Shown here: positions 27,167-37,091 of the stretch, piece after piece
Layout: every line of letters starts with the position of its first letter
Numbering within the stretch: position 1 is the first letter of the stretch
Sequence record: MN850621.1
Reading direction: 5' to 3' (one strand)
DNA: 64,000 bases
From: Escherichia phage dhabil
Made by a program: the position numbers and the translations under genes
Notes under the pieces: generated by a model
What the model saw: only the letters and a program-made list of their open reading frames with translations
The model's database searches: none
What the model was told of the DNA's origin: nothing

Positions 27167-28331
27167 CTAAATCCATCTCTTCTAAATCGTTTTCGATATC
27201 AGCAGCACTTTGAGCGTCACCACTCAATTTAACTGCAACGTTCTTAGAGACACGAGAGTTAATAAGGTCGTTCACGGCATCATCGACTTCTTTAATAGAA
27301 TTAATTGCACCAAGCTTATACTTATTCTCGATTGCTTCACGGAACGGGGCATGTTTAAACAGCGGTCCCCAGAACTCGACACAATCGGTAGCTTTAGCAC
27401 GCCATGATTTTTCTTCTTGAACCATTTCACCTGTAGTTTCGTCAAGGAATGCACGATTATACCAACCAGCTTTAGGTTTCACGACAAAGCCAATATCAGT
27501 AGCCATTTCAAGCAGACCACTAAACGGGTCGATACCACCTTCAAAGTTCACAGTAATTGGGAACGTTGATTTCTCTTTAACAGTACGAGATTTTTCGGCC
27601 TTCAGGGTGAAGTCATAACCAGTGAGCTCAGTACCATCTTTAACCTGACGTTTAGAGATAAAGAATACGGTAGAAGCAGAGTACAGAATACCAGTACCAC
27701 CACCCATAATCTCTTTAGGATACATTCCACCAATTTCCATAGCCGTATGGTTAATTGCTACGCAAGGAATGTCCTTGATAGTCAAATAAGGTGTTACGAT
27801 ACGGAACAGAGATTTCAGAGACTTAGCACGAGTCATATCACCTACAACTTTCTCGTTCAAAGCATCTTCGGTTTCTTTCTTAGAAGCGGTGTTACCGATG
27901 GAGTCGATAAAGATAATAACCTTTTCACCACGAGTAATTTCTTCCAATTGGTTGGTCATGTCAACCTTCAGTTGTTCGACTGACTGGATTGGCGTATGAA
28001 CCACACGTTCCAGGTCAACACCCATTGAACGGAAATAAGATTCTGAAGCACCGAACTCAGAGTCATAGAACAAGCAAATTGCGTCTGGATATTTCTTCAT
28101 ATATGCCGCAACCATAGTTAATCCAAACAACGTTTTAAAGTGTTTAGACGGTGCAGCAAAGATTGTCAAACCTGATTGTAAGCCTGCATTCAACGCACCA
28201 CCCAATGCAATATTAAGCATAGGAATACGAGTAGGAACTTCGTCACGACCATTAAACAATTTAGATTTGGTCAGATCGGCAGTCATTTTAGAAGTAGAAG
28301 CTTTAATCAAACGGGATTTTAAATCGGACAT
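27159..28331 (-). CDS. uvsX: UvsX recombinase (RecA-like)
   Basis: 390 aa; RecA-fold Walker A region; same size and position as T4 UvsX. Confidence 0.9.
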   Translation of the reverse strand: MSDLKSRLIKASTSKMTADLTKSKLFNGRDEVPTRIPMLNIALGGALNAGLQSGLTIFAAPSKHFKTLFGLTMVAAYMKKYPDAICLFYDSEFGASESYFRSMGVDLERVVHTPIQSVEQLKVDMTNQLEEITRGEKVIIFIDSIGNTASKKETEDALNEKVVGDMTRAKSLKSLFRIVTPYLTIKDIPCVAINHTAMEIGGMYPKEIMGGGTGILYSASTVFFISKRQVKDGTELTGYDFTLKAEKSRTVKEKSTFPITVNFEGGIDPFSGLLEMATDIGFVVKPKAGWYNRAFLDETTGEMVQEEKSWRAKATDCVEFWGPLFKHAPFREAIENKYKLGAINSIKEVDDAVNDLINSRVSKNVAVKLSGDAQSAADIENDLEEMDLDD

Positions 28332-28409
28332 TATATTTTTCCATAGGCACCATTATATTTTTCTCACGTTTTTAAGATAGGGTAATTATATCACTTCACA
28401 GCTATAGCA

Positions 28410-28541
28410 TTACTTAATTCCTCGGTTGATAGCCTTATCGACTATCTTCCGAACTTCTCGTTTCTCGAGCCAGCATAATACTAGAAGGGCTCCGAAAGAG
28501 AATAATAACAAACCTATAAAAAGCAATAGAGGACCTAGCAT
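28410..28541 (-). CDS. small membrane protein, 43 aa
   Basis: ATG at 28539-28541 with SD GAGGACG; hydrophobic MLGPLLLFIGLLLFSFGALLVLCW; below ORF-track cut-off. Confidence 0.3.
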   Translation of the reverse strand: MLGPLLLFIGLLLFSFGALLVLCWLEKREVRKIVDKAINRGIK

Positions 28542-29428
28542 ACTACGTCCTCATAACGTGGCATTTCGTACTCAGAATGAATATGGGCACCGAAATAAAT
28601 GAATTCAGCCAGACCAGGATGGAATACTAAACCTGGGTTCTCATGATAAATGATATGTGGTCTTGATTTCAGAATCTGATAATATTCAACCTTACTCGGT
28701 TTGAATTTAACAATCTCTACATCAGGACGATAGTCTTCACGCTTAAATGAATCATTCGGGTCGGTGATATAAAGACGAGCACCTTCAGCGGCAGCTTGGT
28801 CTACAACTCTTTCGAATTGATAGCACTTATCCGAAATACGGAATGGATGGAAAATACCATCAATTTTAATAGGCGCTAGACCATCAGAGTAACGCTCAAT
28901 TACTGCAGGATTAATTACCTTTTGGTCTACAAAAATCTTATCAGAGGATGCACCTCGTGACACCAGGACGTCTTTCTGGCATTGATTCAGGACTGTAGTA
29001 TAAAGTGAACGTTCAACTGAAGCCACATCAATATCAATGAACTCATCGATATAATAACGAGGAACTTCAGGGTCCATTGTGATATTAAAGTTGAATTGTA
29101 CAGTATGAGCACCATCATAACCGGTGATATCGGTTACCAGTCCTGAGCAATCATAGTATTCGATTAGTGAATCGACTACAAACTCATTTTCGGACCAGAA
29201 ATGTTTACGGGTTTCATAAGCATTTTCTTTATACCAAAGTGGTACGAAATTCAGTTCTGGGAATAATTCAATGCATTCTTTGATATCGCTCGAATTTCTA
29301 GGATAAGCCAGATAATCACCTGGACGAGCACGATTTAAATGGAGTTGAAAATTACCGTCCTTAAGGACGGCATATTCACCTGTTTCGTAACTACGCATAC
29401 TGAAAATAGGAACGATAAACAAACTCAT
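28535..29428 (-). CDS. hypothetical protein, 297 aa, at the beta-glucosyltransferase locus; candidate modification transferase
   Basis: ATG overlaps the stop of the ThyA-family gene (ATGA); no motif recognised; sits where T4 has beta-gt. Confidence 0.5.
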   Translation of the reverse strand: MSLFIVPIFSMRSYETGEYAVLKDGNFQLHLNRARPGDYLAYPRNSSDIKECIELFPELNFVPLWYKENAYETRKHFWSENEFVVDSLIEYYDCSGLVTDITGYDGAHTVQFNFNITMDPEVPRYYIDEFIDIDVASVERSLYTTVLNQCQKDVLVSRGASSDKIFVDQKVINPAVIERYSDGLAPIKIDGIFHPFRISDKCYQFERVVDQAAAEGARLYITDPNDSFKREDYRPDVEIVKFKPSKVEYYQILKSRPHIIYHENPGLVFHPGLAEFIYFGAHIHSEYEMPRYEDVVC

Positions 29429-30123
29429 TTCAGGAAACCTCGGACGTAGTCAAAATCACGTTCAAACACGTGTGCACTTACCATGGTGTGGGAATACGTA
29501 CCTAAACCGACACCACACTGTTCGGCAATAAATGCCATCAGTTTACCCTGCAGATAGAAATCCAGCTGCATAACAACAGCGCAGTTTTGTGAACGCATAT
29601 GGGTATGTGCGTACAAACGACCATCACGAATATAATACGTTACTGAATCGGTGCACGGGTATTCTAAGGATTCGTCAGAATCAAGGAGGGCTTGGTCTTG
29701 TTCTTGGAGAATCTGGAACACAACTCTTCGCGAGTTAGCCTTTTCTTTAAGCTCTTTAAGTAGGGCTGGGAGCTGGGCCACAATTCGAGGTCCATAGAAA
29801 GTGTTGAAGTTTGCAGGCAATACGTCACTTTTCGGCTTATCAATGAACTTAGCAACATTAGGGTATTCCTTAAATGCTTCGGCAGCGTCAGTACCACCAG
29901 AAATCATAAATTTCCAAAAGGATTCGGCATATTCATAACTGATACGATTGATACGTGGGTCGGTGAATTTATAGGTGCTGGCATCCAGTACTTCTACTGA
30001 AGCAGAACCAATTTCATAACAGCGTCCGATACGAGAATCAACTGCAAACTGTGGAGCTTCCAGGATTTCTTCGTTCATTTGTTTAAATGCGTTTTCAAAA
30101 CTAACAGCGGTAATGTGTTTCAT
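29425..30123 (-). CDS. 42: ThyA-family pyrimidine hydroxymethylase, dCMP hydroxymethylase-like
   Basis: 232 aa; SRR phosphate loop, Cys nucleophile in YPCTD, Asp 31 residues after the Cys (QLDFY), the position that is Asn in thymidylate synthase and Asp in dCMP hydroxymethylase. Confidence 0.65.
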   Translation of the reverse strand: MKHITAVSFENAFKQMNEEILEAPQFAVDSRIGRCYEIGSASVEVLDASTYKFTDPRINRISYEYAESFWKFMISGGTDAAEAFKEYPNVAKFIDKPKSDVLPANFNTFYGPRIVAQLPALLKELKEKANSRRVVFQILQEQDQALLDSDESLEYPCTDSVTYYIRDGRLYAHTHMRSQNCAVVMQLDFYLQGKLMAFIAEQCGVGLGTYSHTMVSAHVFERDFDYVRGFLK

Positions 30124-30656
30124 TTATTCACCTTATTTTCAATATATTCGTTCAGACGTTTTAATTCTACCATATCAACATTAAGCAAATTATTATGACC
30201 GTCATGATTTAAGATTTTAAACACGTTTTCAAAACATGTTTCGTATTGCTGGATAGTTAGGTTGAACTCATCTTTGGTTAATTTAATAAGGTCATCTTCG
30301 AAGTCTTCGTCTAATGGGTTGCGAGTTAAAATAACCTCGATAACGTTAAATTCAGATTTAAACCCTTTCCAATCTTCCAGTTCTACATAAGGGTCCATTT
30401 CACCACGAAGGAATCCTGAGTAAACAATATTACTTGGATAACCACGGTCAAGGATATAAACGAAATTAGGGTCTAAAAACTTATACAGAGTTTCAACTAA
30501 AGCCTTATCGTTATCAGTTCCTAATGAAATACACTTGCCATTAATCTTTTTAGGAAAATCAATAAGGCGGTATTTCTTATTGGATAACAGATTTTTAATT
30601 AAAGTGGACTTCCCGGAATTATCCGGGCCGTCTATAACAATGATTTTTGGATTCAT
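30120..30656 (-). CDS. P-loop nucleotide kinase, thymidylate-kinase-like
   Basis: 178 aa; Walker A IDGPDNSGKST; DR[YH] motif LDRGYPSNIVYSG; ATGA overlaps on both sides. Confidence 0.55.
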   Translation of the reverse strand: MNPKIIVIDGPDNSGKSTLIKNLLSNKKYRLIDFPKKINGKCISLGTDNDKALVETLYKFLDPNFVYILDRGYPSNIVYSGFLRGEMDPYVELEDWKGFKSEFNVIEVILTRNPLDEDFEDDLIKLTKDEFNLTIQQYETCFENVFKILNHDGHNNLLNVDMVELKRLNEYIENKVNK

Positions 30657-31051
30657 GGATGATAGGCCTTATAACTATCAAGAGTTCCTTCACGAACCAA
30701 TTCTTTAAAGTGGTCAGGACGGATTGCTCGGTCATCGATGATAAAAGTATAACTCGGCTTGTGTGTAAGCAAATTGTGATATTTCAATCCAATTTTTTCA
30801 AGATTCTTAACCAATGCAGGAACTACTTCAACCAAGATTCGACCTGGGCCACATGAAGTCATGCCACGGGCAGTGAACAATGTAATCTCGTACCCTTCAT
30901 CATAAAGCTTATTAATCATGGACACCATTTCGGTGTCCGGTTTAAAGTTCTCATAATCACGGTCATGGTTCCAAATCGTGATTGTGTTATCGATATCAAA
31001 ACATAAATGTGGCTTATTTTCTACTCGATGCGACATTAAATTTTCTTCCAT
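30653..31051 (-). CDS. HAD-superfamily phosphatase
   Basis: 132 aa; motif I FDIDNTIT (DxDxT), motif II LFTARG, motif IV FIIDDR. Confidence 0.6.
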   Translation of the reverse strand: MEENLMSHRVENKPHLCFDIDNTITIWNHDRDYENFKPDTEMVSMINKLYDEGYEITLFTARGMTSCGPGRILVEVVPALVKNLEKIGLKYHNLLTHKPSYTFIIDDRAIRPDHFKELVREGTLDSYKAYHP

Positions 31052-32709
31052 TGTTTGTGGAGTTCAGTAGAACCTGTAGGTTTATATTTTACACCAGTTT
31101 CCTGGTCAAGCAAAACCCACTTATCAGGACAACGAGTAATAATTTGAGCCGTAATAGGGTCACGAACTTCATCGACAAATTCACCCGTAATAAGCTTACG
31201 CTTACGAGGATGCCGCTTCAGCAGCACACTCAGTTGATACAAACCATTATAATAAGCACCCAGAGCTTTCAGAGGGTTATTCTTAAAGTAACCTGCCAGA
31301 GCCATCCAAATAACGGCAATCCAGAGCTTGTGCTTAAATGTGCACATAGGGATATCGTCTAAAGGCATAACCTTTTCGATATCAACGAATACACGAGTTC
31401 CGTTACGAGTTAATCCACCCCATAGAGGGTCTGAGTTAAATTTATCATAGCCATCGATAGAATAAAGCACCTTAGCTTCATCATAAATCGCAGGGCCTTT
31501 AGAACTATTACCGAAATAACCGCGTGGGTCGATGATTTTAATATCACCTTCGTCCGACAGCATAATATTACTGTAGTGCGGGTCGCCATGAATAAGTTGG
31601 TATGGTTCTTTATGTTCAGACAGAATTTCTAGTGCATGGCGGAGAAGTTTTTCAGGGTCGCCTACTTTGAAATCGTTAACGTGGGTAATGCCTTGTGGAG
31701 CAAAGCCTTCAATCAATCCAGCAATAGAAGCATTACGAATAAGGACCTTGTCCAATACTTCTTTCTTAACATCAGAATACCATTGTTCATCGGACGGATT
31801 ATCGATAGTTCCACCAAATGAACGTAATGCACTAATGACCTTATAAACCATGAGGACTTTAGTTTCTTTGGACATAAAGCGGTAGGCATCTGCCATGGTA
31901 CGACCAAAGATACGTTCCATTTTAATGAATTCGCCTGGAGAAAAGTCCACAATACTAGGAACAAATTCAGAATCAATAGAATTATACCAATTGATTTCTT
32001 TAGATTGAATTTCTTTACCTAATTCGTTAGTTGGTACTTTAATGGCCAGATTCTCAGTGAATTCTAATTTATTAAATTCACGATTGATTTCAGATTCTTC
32101 ATGGGCCTTAGCCAGTTTCAATTTGTCACCGACATCAACTACAAAGTCTAGTTTACGTTCGGTCAAATAGACCATTGAATCCAGGTTATCAGCAAGGTCT
32201 TCACCATAATTAGAACGGTCGAAACCTGTCCAGTTAGCCACCTGATACAAACCAACTACGCCACCACCAGTACCAATTTCACGTAAATATGGTTCTTCGA
32301 ATGTAAAACGACAGTCGGTTCCATAGGTATAACAGTAGTCGTTACCCCATTCAACTTTATGACCGATAGGAATGATGTCACACCAGTTAAACAAGACATT
32401 ATGGCCAATGATATCTTCGGCAATGCAATCGATAGCATGGGCCGAACCATTAGCAACATCAACGTTACGAATAGTGAATTTAGGCTTATCGCCAGTAATC
32501 ATGTTAATGGATTTAATATAGCCTTTAACGAGGTCGTTAAATTTGCTGTGGATAACCAGAATAATTTCATCTGATTGGTTACTATACAAATCATACAAAT
32601 GTTTTAATACAGTATGTTGTTTGTAGTTAACCAATACCTTCGGGATTTCGTTAGTAATTGGATACAACCGTGAGCCAAGACCTGCGCCTAAAATAACAAC
32701 CTTTTTCAT
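31036..32709 (-). CDS. bifunctional sugar-1-phosphate nucleotidyltransferase / APH-ChoK-family kinase
   Basis: N-terminus VVILGAGLGSRLYPIT (RmlA/GlmU/LicC-type loop); C-terminus HGDPHYSNIM and IIDPRG (kinase catalytic loop); start moved from 32739 to ATG 32707-32709 with SD GAGGAA. Confidence 0.6.
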   Translation of the reverse strand: MKKVVILGAGLGSRLYPITNEIPKVLVNYKQHTVLKHLYDLYSNQSDEIILVIHSKFNDLVKGYIKSINMITGDKPKFTIRNVDVANGSAHAIDCIAEDIIGHNVLFNWCDIIPIGHKVEWGNDYCYTYGTDCRFTFEEPYLREIGTGGGVVGLYQVANWTGFDRSNYGEDLADNLDSMVYLTERKLDFVVDVGDKLKLAKAHEESEINREFNKLEFTENLAIKVPTNELGKEIQSKEINWYNSIDSEFVPSIVDFSPGEFIKMERIFGRTMADAYRFMSKETKVLMVYKVISALRSFGGTIDNPSDEQWYSDVKKEVLDKVLIRNASIAGLIEGFAPQGITHVNDFKVGDPEKLLRHALEILSEHKEPYQLIHGDPHYSNIMLSDEGDIKIIDPRGYFGNSSKGPAIYDEAKVLYSIDGYDKFNSDPLWGGLTRNGTRVFVDIEKVMPLDDIPMCTFKHKLWIAVIWMALAGYFKNNPLKALGAYYNGLYQLSVLLKRHPRKRKLITGEFVDEVRDPITAQIITRCPDKWVLLDQETGVKYKPTGSTELHKQWKKI

Positions 32710-32769
32710 TATCTGTTCCTCAAGTGAATGTAGATACATTATACACTATTTTTAATAAATTTCTATTGC

Positions 32770-33270
32770 TTAAATCTTATCTTTACCGTATTCCATGCAC
32801 TGTTCTACTGCAGCAGGCACTTTGGTCTTAAGCTTGTTGATTTGTTTCTTATAATCGCGCGCCTTATCGAAGCTCTCGGTTTCGAGCATTTCGTAATAAC
32901 GGGCCTCGTGGACGGAAATCTGTAGATTGATATGGTTTACACACATCGCGTACAGTTTCTGCTTTTTGTACAAATCATCTTGGCGCTTCATTTCTGCCTG
33001 GTGTTTGGCTAGTACCGCTTCACGCTTAGACTCTTGTTCACGTTGGAATTCGATTTCCCTTTGAGCATATTTTGCACAGTTATTACCACATTGATTATTA
33101 GCTCGGGTATACACAAGTCCAGAACCAGCACGGAATTTCATTTCGCCGTCGAATTGTTTCTGTTCAGCTGCAATACGAGCTTTACCAACTTCATCAGCCG
33201 AAACTGCATCGCCGTATTGGACCGCGCAACCTGATAGGAGCATACTCATTGCGATAATTAACTTTTTCAT
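32770..33270 (-). CDS. putative lipoprotein, 166 aa
   Basis: Signal peptide with lipobox LLSGC; coiled-coil-like remainder. Confidence 0.5.
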   Translation of the reverse strand: MKKLIIAMSMLLSGCAVQYGDAVSADEVGKARIAAEQKQFDGEMKFRAGSGLVYTRANNQCGNNCAKYAQREIEFQREQESKREAVLAKHQAEMKRQDDLYKKQKLYAMCVNHINLQISVHEARYYEMLETESFDKARDYKKQINKLKTKVPAAVEQCMEYGKDKI

Positions 33271-33288
33271 AATATCCTCAATTAAAAC

Positions 33289-33415
33289 AGTTATACTTAA
33301 TTTGTGCTATAAGAATAATCCATCCCATGATTAATGTTGGAATCATTGGAGGAATTGCCACTGCCCAATAAATGGTAAAGGCAACCATTATAAGAAATAA
33401 AATAATTATCTTCAT
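33289..33415 (-). CDS. small membrane peptide, about 41 aa
   Basis: ATG overlaps the imm stop (ATGA); MKIIILFLIMVAFTIYWAVAIPPMIPTLIMGWIILIAQIK. Confidence 0.3.
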
Positions 33416-33648
33416 TGTTTAACGATAATGATTTGTGCGTTTGATTTACGTTCAGCGACGATAGCCCAGATTAAAGCCACTACCCAACCAATCATCGTCC
33501 ATCCTAACAGGAGATTAAGGAAGAAGATTCCGACATTGCTACGAGTGCCTCGCAGAAGAGCCAGAATCCATGGTAAAAAGTAACCAATGAACATAATAAC
33601 CAGAGAACCGAATCCTAAAACACCAGCACTAACGATTAAAGCTTCCAT
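33412..33648 (-). CDS. imm: Imm-like superinfection immunity membrane protein
   Basis: 78 aa, two predicted transmembrane helices; directly downstream of gene 43 as T4 imm. Confidence 0.6.
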   Translation of the reverse strand: MEALIVSAGVLGFGSLVIMFIGYFLPWILALLRGTRSNVGIFFLNLLLGWTMIGWVVALIWAIVAERKSNAQIIIVKQ

Positions 33649-33666
33649 TATAATTTCCTCATGTAG

Positions 33667-33708
33667 TTGATAGGAAGGATACTACCACGTTCCATGTGGT
33701 ATGTAAAC
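33667..33708 (-). promoter_or_regulatory. T4-early-type promoter cassette variant
   Basis: Minus GTTTAC (33703-33708), N18, TAGTAT. Confidence 0.45.
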
Positions 33709-33710
33709 AC

Positions 33711-36422
33711 TTAAAAGTCAAACATGTCAAATAATGTTGCTTTTTTCTCGTAGTCGATTTTAGCAGACTCAGTAAAACCGGTCAGAGGTTTGATAAAGGT
33801 CTTTTGGAACAGTACATTGTAGTCCATCCAACGGAGGACTTGGTCACGAATCTGAATCGGAAGTTCAATACCTGACGGCCATGCCATACAAGCTTCACCG
33901 AACGGGTTGCCTTCTTTAAGTGGCAGTACATATACCTTTTCACCATCAACGATACGAGGCATAGTCAAATCACCGGCAGAAGCACGCATGTAAGCTAAGC
34001 AACCTTTGATGTGGTACGGACATTTAGAACCAGGGAAACCGCCTTCATTATATTTCTCGATGTTGTTAGCACTGGATACTGCAGCAATGCTTACATAGTC
34101 TAGTTCGTTAAATTCCTTATTAAACTGTTTGAAATATTCTTGCAAAGAGGCCTCGCCTTCTTGAAGCATACGTCGGATACATTCTTTCAGAGCTTTCTGA
34201 ACCGCTTTAGGTGTACTTGATTTCTGGGTTTCGAGACCCATGATTTTCAAGTGTGGTTCGGCATAGCGAGTACCTTCCATGTCCCAAACGTTCAGTGCAT
34301 AACGTTTCTTGCCTGTCCAGAATCCACCAAGACCTTTAGAACCAAGTGGAGGACCAGCGATAGCTTCTCGGTCCATGAACATCAAGTGCTGTTTATTGTT
34401 CATGTATTCACACATCTCACGGAAGCCTGCATCAATAGCTGGTTCCATACGTTCACGTGCAAATTTATCTAAGAAGTCGACCCAGTGGTTGGTATCACGG
34501 AATTTGTCTTCGCCTACTTTATTGATGATTGCATCGGCCTTAACATAAATGGAGTCGGTATCACCATAGAGCACGAACTTCTGGTTTTCAGTCTTGCACA
34601 CACCATTCAGATATTCGTTAACCTTACGTTCAATCCATTGGAGGGCCATTTGACCAAACAATGTTATTGCAGTTGCGTTCCTGAGGTCATAGTAACGGAA
34701 CCATACGTTACCAAGTGCACCATAAAGGGAGTTGATAAGCAATTTACGGTTAATCTGAGCAGTCATACCTGCGACTTCAGTACGTTCGGCTTTGAACAAC
34801 ATTTCTTTTAAAGAAGAGGCTGACAATTTTTTAATCTGGGCTTTGACTTCGTCAGAGAAGTCGAAACGATAATCAACATCCAATGGACTATCAACAGACA
34901 GATTAGGATTTTCTAATGCTTCTTTAATTAACTCACCATTACGTTGAGCTGCAAGCATATAACCTTTATGTTCTTTACGTTGTAAGAACACCTTCGTGAT
35001 TTCTGTAGGAATCACACCATCACGGTCTTTATAGTACATCATGCCGTTAGGAGAGCAACTGTAGGTGTCGCTAGGACGCGGAGCAGTTCCGGCAATATAT
35101 TCATGTATCGGCGCGTTTGCGAATGTCCCTGCGATGGTCTCTGGGCTTATATTCACTTGTCGAATGATACTCGGGTACAGAGATGTAAGGTCGAAACTCA
35201 TTACATATTTGTACGCGTTAGGAATAGGTTCCTTAACGAAAGCGCCTGGATAAGGTTGAACCGCATGCGATTTGGCCTGAGGAATAACTTTACCCTGTTC
35301 TTTAAGGCTATTAAAGATAATAGCGTCCCAAGTCTTAATTGGACTGAACACCGACTGAATCTGCATCTTGGCATAGTAACCCATGTCCAGACTAAGAAGA
35401 ATGAACTGGCGTTTCATATCAATCTGCACAACACGATATACGTCGATAATGTTATAGGAAATATATCGTTGGTGGTTCGTCTCACGTAACTTGGAGATAG
35501 GACCATCATATTTCAACTTACCTACTTTCAATTCATATTCAGAAACGTAATCCAGAGAATAAGAAGGCTGGTTAGTAAAGCTGAATTTTTTATAAAGGTC
35601 GATATAATCCAGAACAGAGATACCGAACAGTGTAATAATTTCGCGAGCGCCGTACATGTTCTCGATAACTTTAACACGAGTCTTACGATGCGGGCTTAAT
35701 CGCTTAGCAGTGTTCTCACCAAACAGATTTTTCAGACGGTTATAAACGTATGGCACGTCAAATGATTCAACGTTCCATCCAGTCAAAATCACAGGAGTTT
35801 TCTGTTGCCAGAAATTAAGATACTCAAGCATCATTTCTTCTTCAGAATTAAACGGAAGATAAACGATTTTGTCAATGATTTCCTGTGGAACTTCGTCACC
35901 ACCTTCGTCTTGGAGTTTCTCAGCGATTTTAATCGACCACTCTTCGACCGTACCATAAGGTGAAACTAAAAGGTCGAATACATAGAATTTATCATCAATC
36001 GAGTCGTAGTGAGTAATGGCATCGATAGGATGTTTAGCCTGGGCAGGTTCAGGGAATCCATCAGGAGATGTTACCTCGATGTCGAAGTTAGCAATACGAA
36101 TCTTAGAAGAATCATACTTGATTTCTTTACGATAGGTATCAGACAAATAGGCTAATTTATAGTCATCCATACCAAGGGCTTCGAGACCCATATCGTCCAT
36201 GCGCTTCATCCACTGAGAAGCATCGCGCATTGAATCGAATTCTTTCTTAACACAGCCCTTACCGTAGATGTCAATATATTTTACGGCTTGCTCTGGGTTA
36301 GCATGCATAAACATTGTAGGCTTGTAAGGAACTTCACGACTACGTTCGTTACCATTTTTATCGATGTAACGTTCGAGAATATTATCACCGATTTGTTCGA
36401 CTGTCAAATAGAATTCTTGCAT
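33711..36422 (-). CDS. 43: DNA polymerase (gene 43, family B)
   Basis: Near-collinear with T4/RB69 gp43 as recalled (YGDTDS and other family-B motifs); ORF-track TTG start at 36482 rejected; ATG at 36420-36422 (MQEFYLTVEQ) with SD AAAGGA. Confidence 0.95.
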   Translation of the reverse strand: MQEFYLTVEQIGDNILERYIDKNGNERSREVPYKPTMFMHANPEQAVKYIDIYGKGCVKKEFDSMRDASQWMKRMDDMGLEALGMDDYKLAYLSDTYRKEIKYDSSKIRIANFDIEVTSPDGFPEPAQAKHPIDAITHYDSIDDKFYVFDLLVSPYGTVEEWSIKIAEKLQDEGGDEVPQEIIDKIVYLPFNSEEEMMLEYLNFWQQKTPVILTGWNVESFDVPYVYNRLKNLFGENTAKRLSPHRKTRVKVIENMYGAREIITLFGISVLDYIDLYKKFSFTNQPSYSLDYVSEYELKVGKLKYDGPISKLRETNHQRYISYNIIDVYRVVQIDMKRQFILLSLDMGYYAKMQIQSVFSPIKTWDAIIFNSLKEQGKVIPQAKSHAVQPYPGAFVKEPIPNAYKYVMSFDLTSLYPSIIRQVNISPETIAGTFANAPIHEYIAGTAPRPSDTYSCSPNGMMYYKDRDGVIPTEITKVFLQRKEHKGYMLAAQRNGELIKEALENPNLSVDSPLDVDYRFDFSDEVKAQIKKLSASSLKEMLFKAERTEVAGMTAQINRKLLINSLYGALGNVWFRYYDLRNATAITLFGQMALQWIERKVNEYLNGVCKTENQKFVLYGDTDSIYVKADAIINKVGEDKFRDTNHWVDFLDKFARERMEPAIDAGFREMCEYMNNKQHLMFMDREAIAGPPLGSKGLGGFWTGKKRYALNVWDMEGTRYAEPHLKIMGLETQKSSTPKAVQKALKECIRRMLQEGEASLQEYFKQFNKEFNELDYVSIAAVSSANNIEKYNEGGFPGSKCPYHIKGCLAYMRASAGDLTMPRIVDGEKVYVLPLKEGNPFGEACMAWPSGIELPIQIRDQVLRWMDYNVLFQKTFIKPLTGFTESAKIDYEKKATLFDMFDF

Positions 36423-36480
36423 TTCATTTCCTTTATAGACGAGTGATTGTCTTTTGTTTGTTGATGAATCATTATACTCC

Positions 36481-36500
36481 AAAAAAGGGACCGAAGTCCC
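36481..36500 (-). terminator. intrinsic terminator, UUCG loop
   Basis: Stem GGGAC/GTCCC 36487-36500, loop cgaa, minus-strand TTTTTTGG, followed by TATAAT. Confidence 0.6.
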
Positions 36501-36505
36501 TTTGC

Positions 36506-36721
36506 TTAAATTTCTATTGTCAAACGTTTAATAGTCGGATTGCCATCTTCGCCTTTAGTTCTAATCATAGCCTGGAAGACTTGCTGACCTGGATGTAGTA
36601 ACTTATGGAGGTCCTTTTGAAATTCTATTTGGAGCTCTTCGGAAAGGTCAAAAACAGTTTGAGTTGGTGAAAGCCCGTACACCTCTTTAAGACGTTCACA
36701 CATTTCAATTTCAAGAATCAT
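36506..36721 (-). CDS. hypothetical protein, 71 aa
   Basis: ORF-track version overlaps regA; ATG at 36719-36721, 1 nt after the regA stop. Confidence 0.4.
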   Translation of the reverse strand: MILEIEMCERLKEVYGLSPTQTVFDLSEELQIEFQKDLHKLLHPGQQVFQAMIRTKGEDGNPTIKRLTIEI

Positions 36722-36722
36722 A

Positions 36723-37085
36723 TTAATTACCAATGGTATACTTAGACAATAGTTCCCAGTCATTTTTCTGTTTAAAGGAAATGACACGGAAATTATTAGT
36801 AATTTCGAACAATTCAGAATCGTCTACAATATCAATAAGTCCCCAATCCTTAAGAAGCTGGGCGATAGAATCGCGGCGTTGGTAGTCTTCACCATCGATA
36901 TCTACCTGGCGACCGTCCATACGCAACATCTCTTTAAAGTGGACAATATAATACCGTCCTTGCTTTTGCAAAATGTGGCAGGATTGATATAGTTTCTTTT
37001 CTTTATTATTAGCGATACCCATACGAGTCAGGGTCTCTTTCACTTTTAGGAAGTCTTCAGGTTGCTTCAGAGTAATTTCAATCAT
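36723..37085 (-). CDS. regA: RegA translational repressor
   Basis: 120 aa; MIEITLKQPEDFLKVKETLTRMGIANNK...NNFRVISFKQK matches T4 RegA as recalled. Confidence 0.85.
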   Translation of the reverse strand: MIEITLKQPEDFLKVKETLTRMGIANNKEKKLYQSCHILQKQGRYYIVHFKEMLRMDGRQVDIDGEDYQRRDSIAQLLKDWGLIDIVDDSELFEITNNFRVISFKQKNDWELLSKYTIGN

Positions 37086-37091
37086 TTTAAT

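Noticed and set aside
36423-36482. 20-codon N-terminal extension of DNA polymerase in the ORF track (MEYNDSSTNK...)
   Set aside because: Uses a TTG start and lies over the promoter/terminator region; the ATG at 36420-36422 with an AAAGGA Shine-Dalgarno gives the conserved MQEFY N-terminus.
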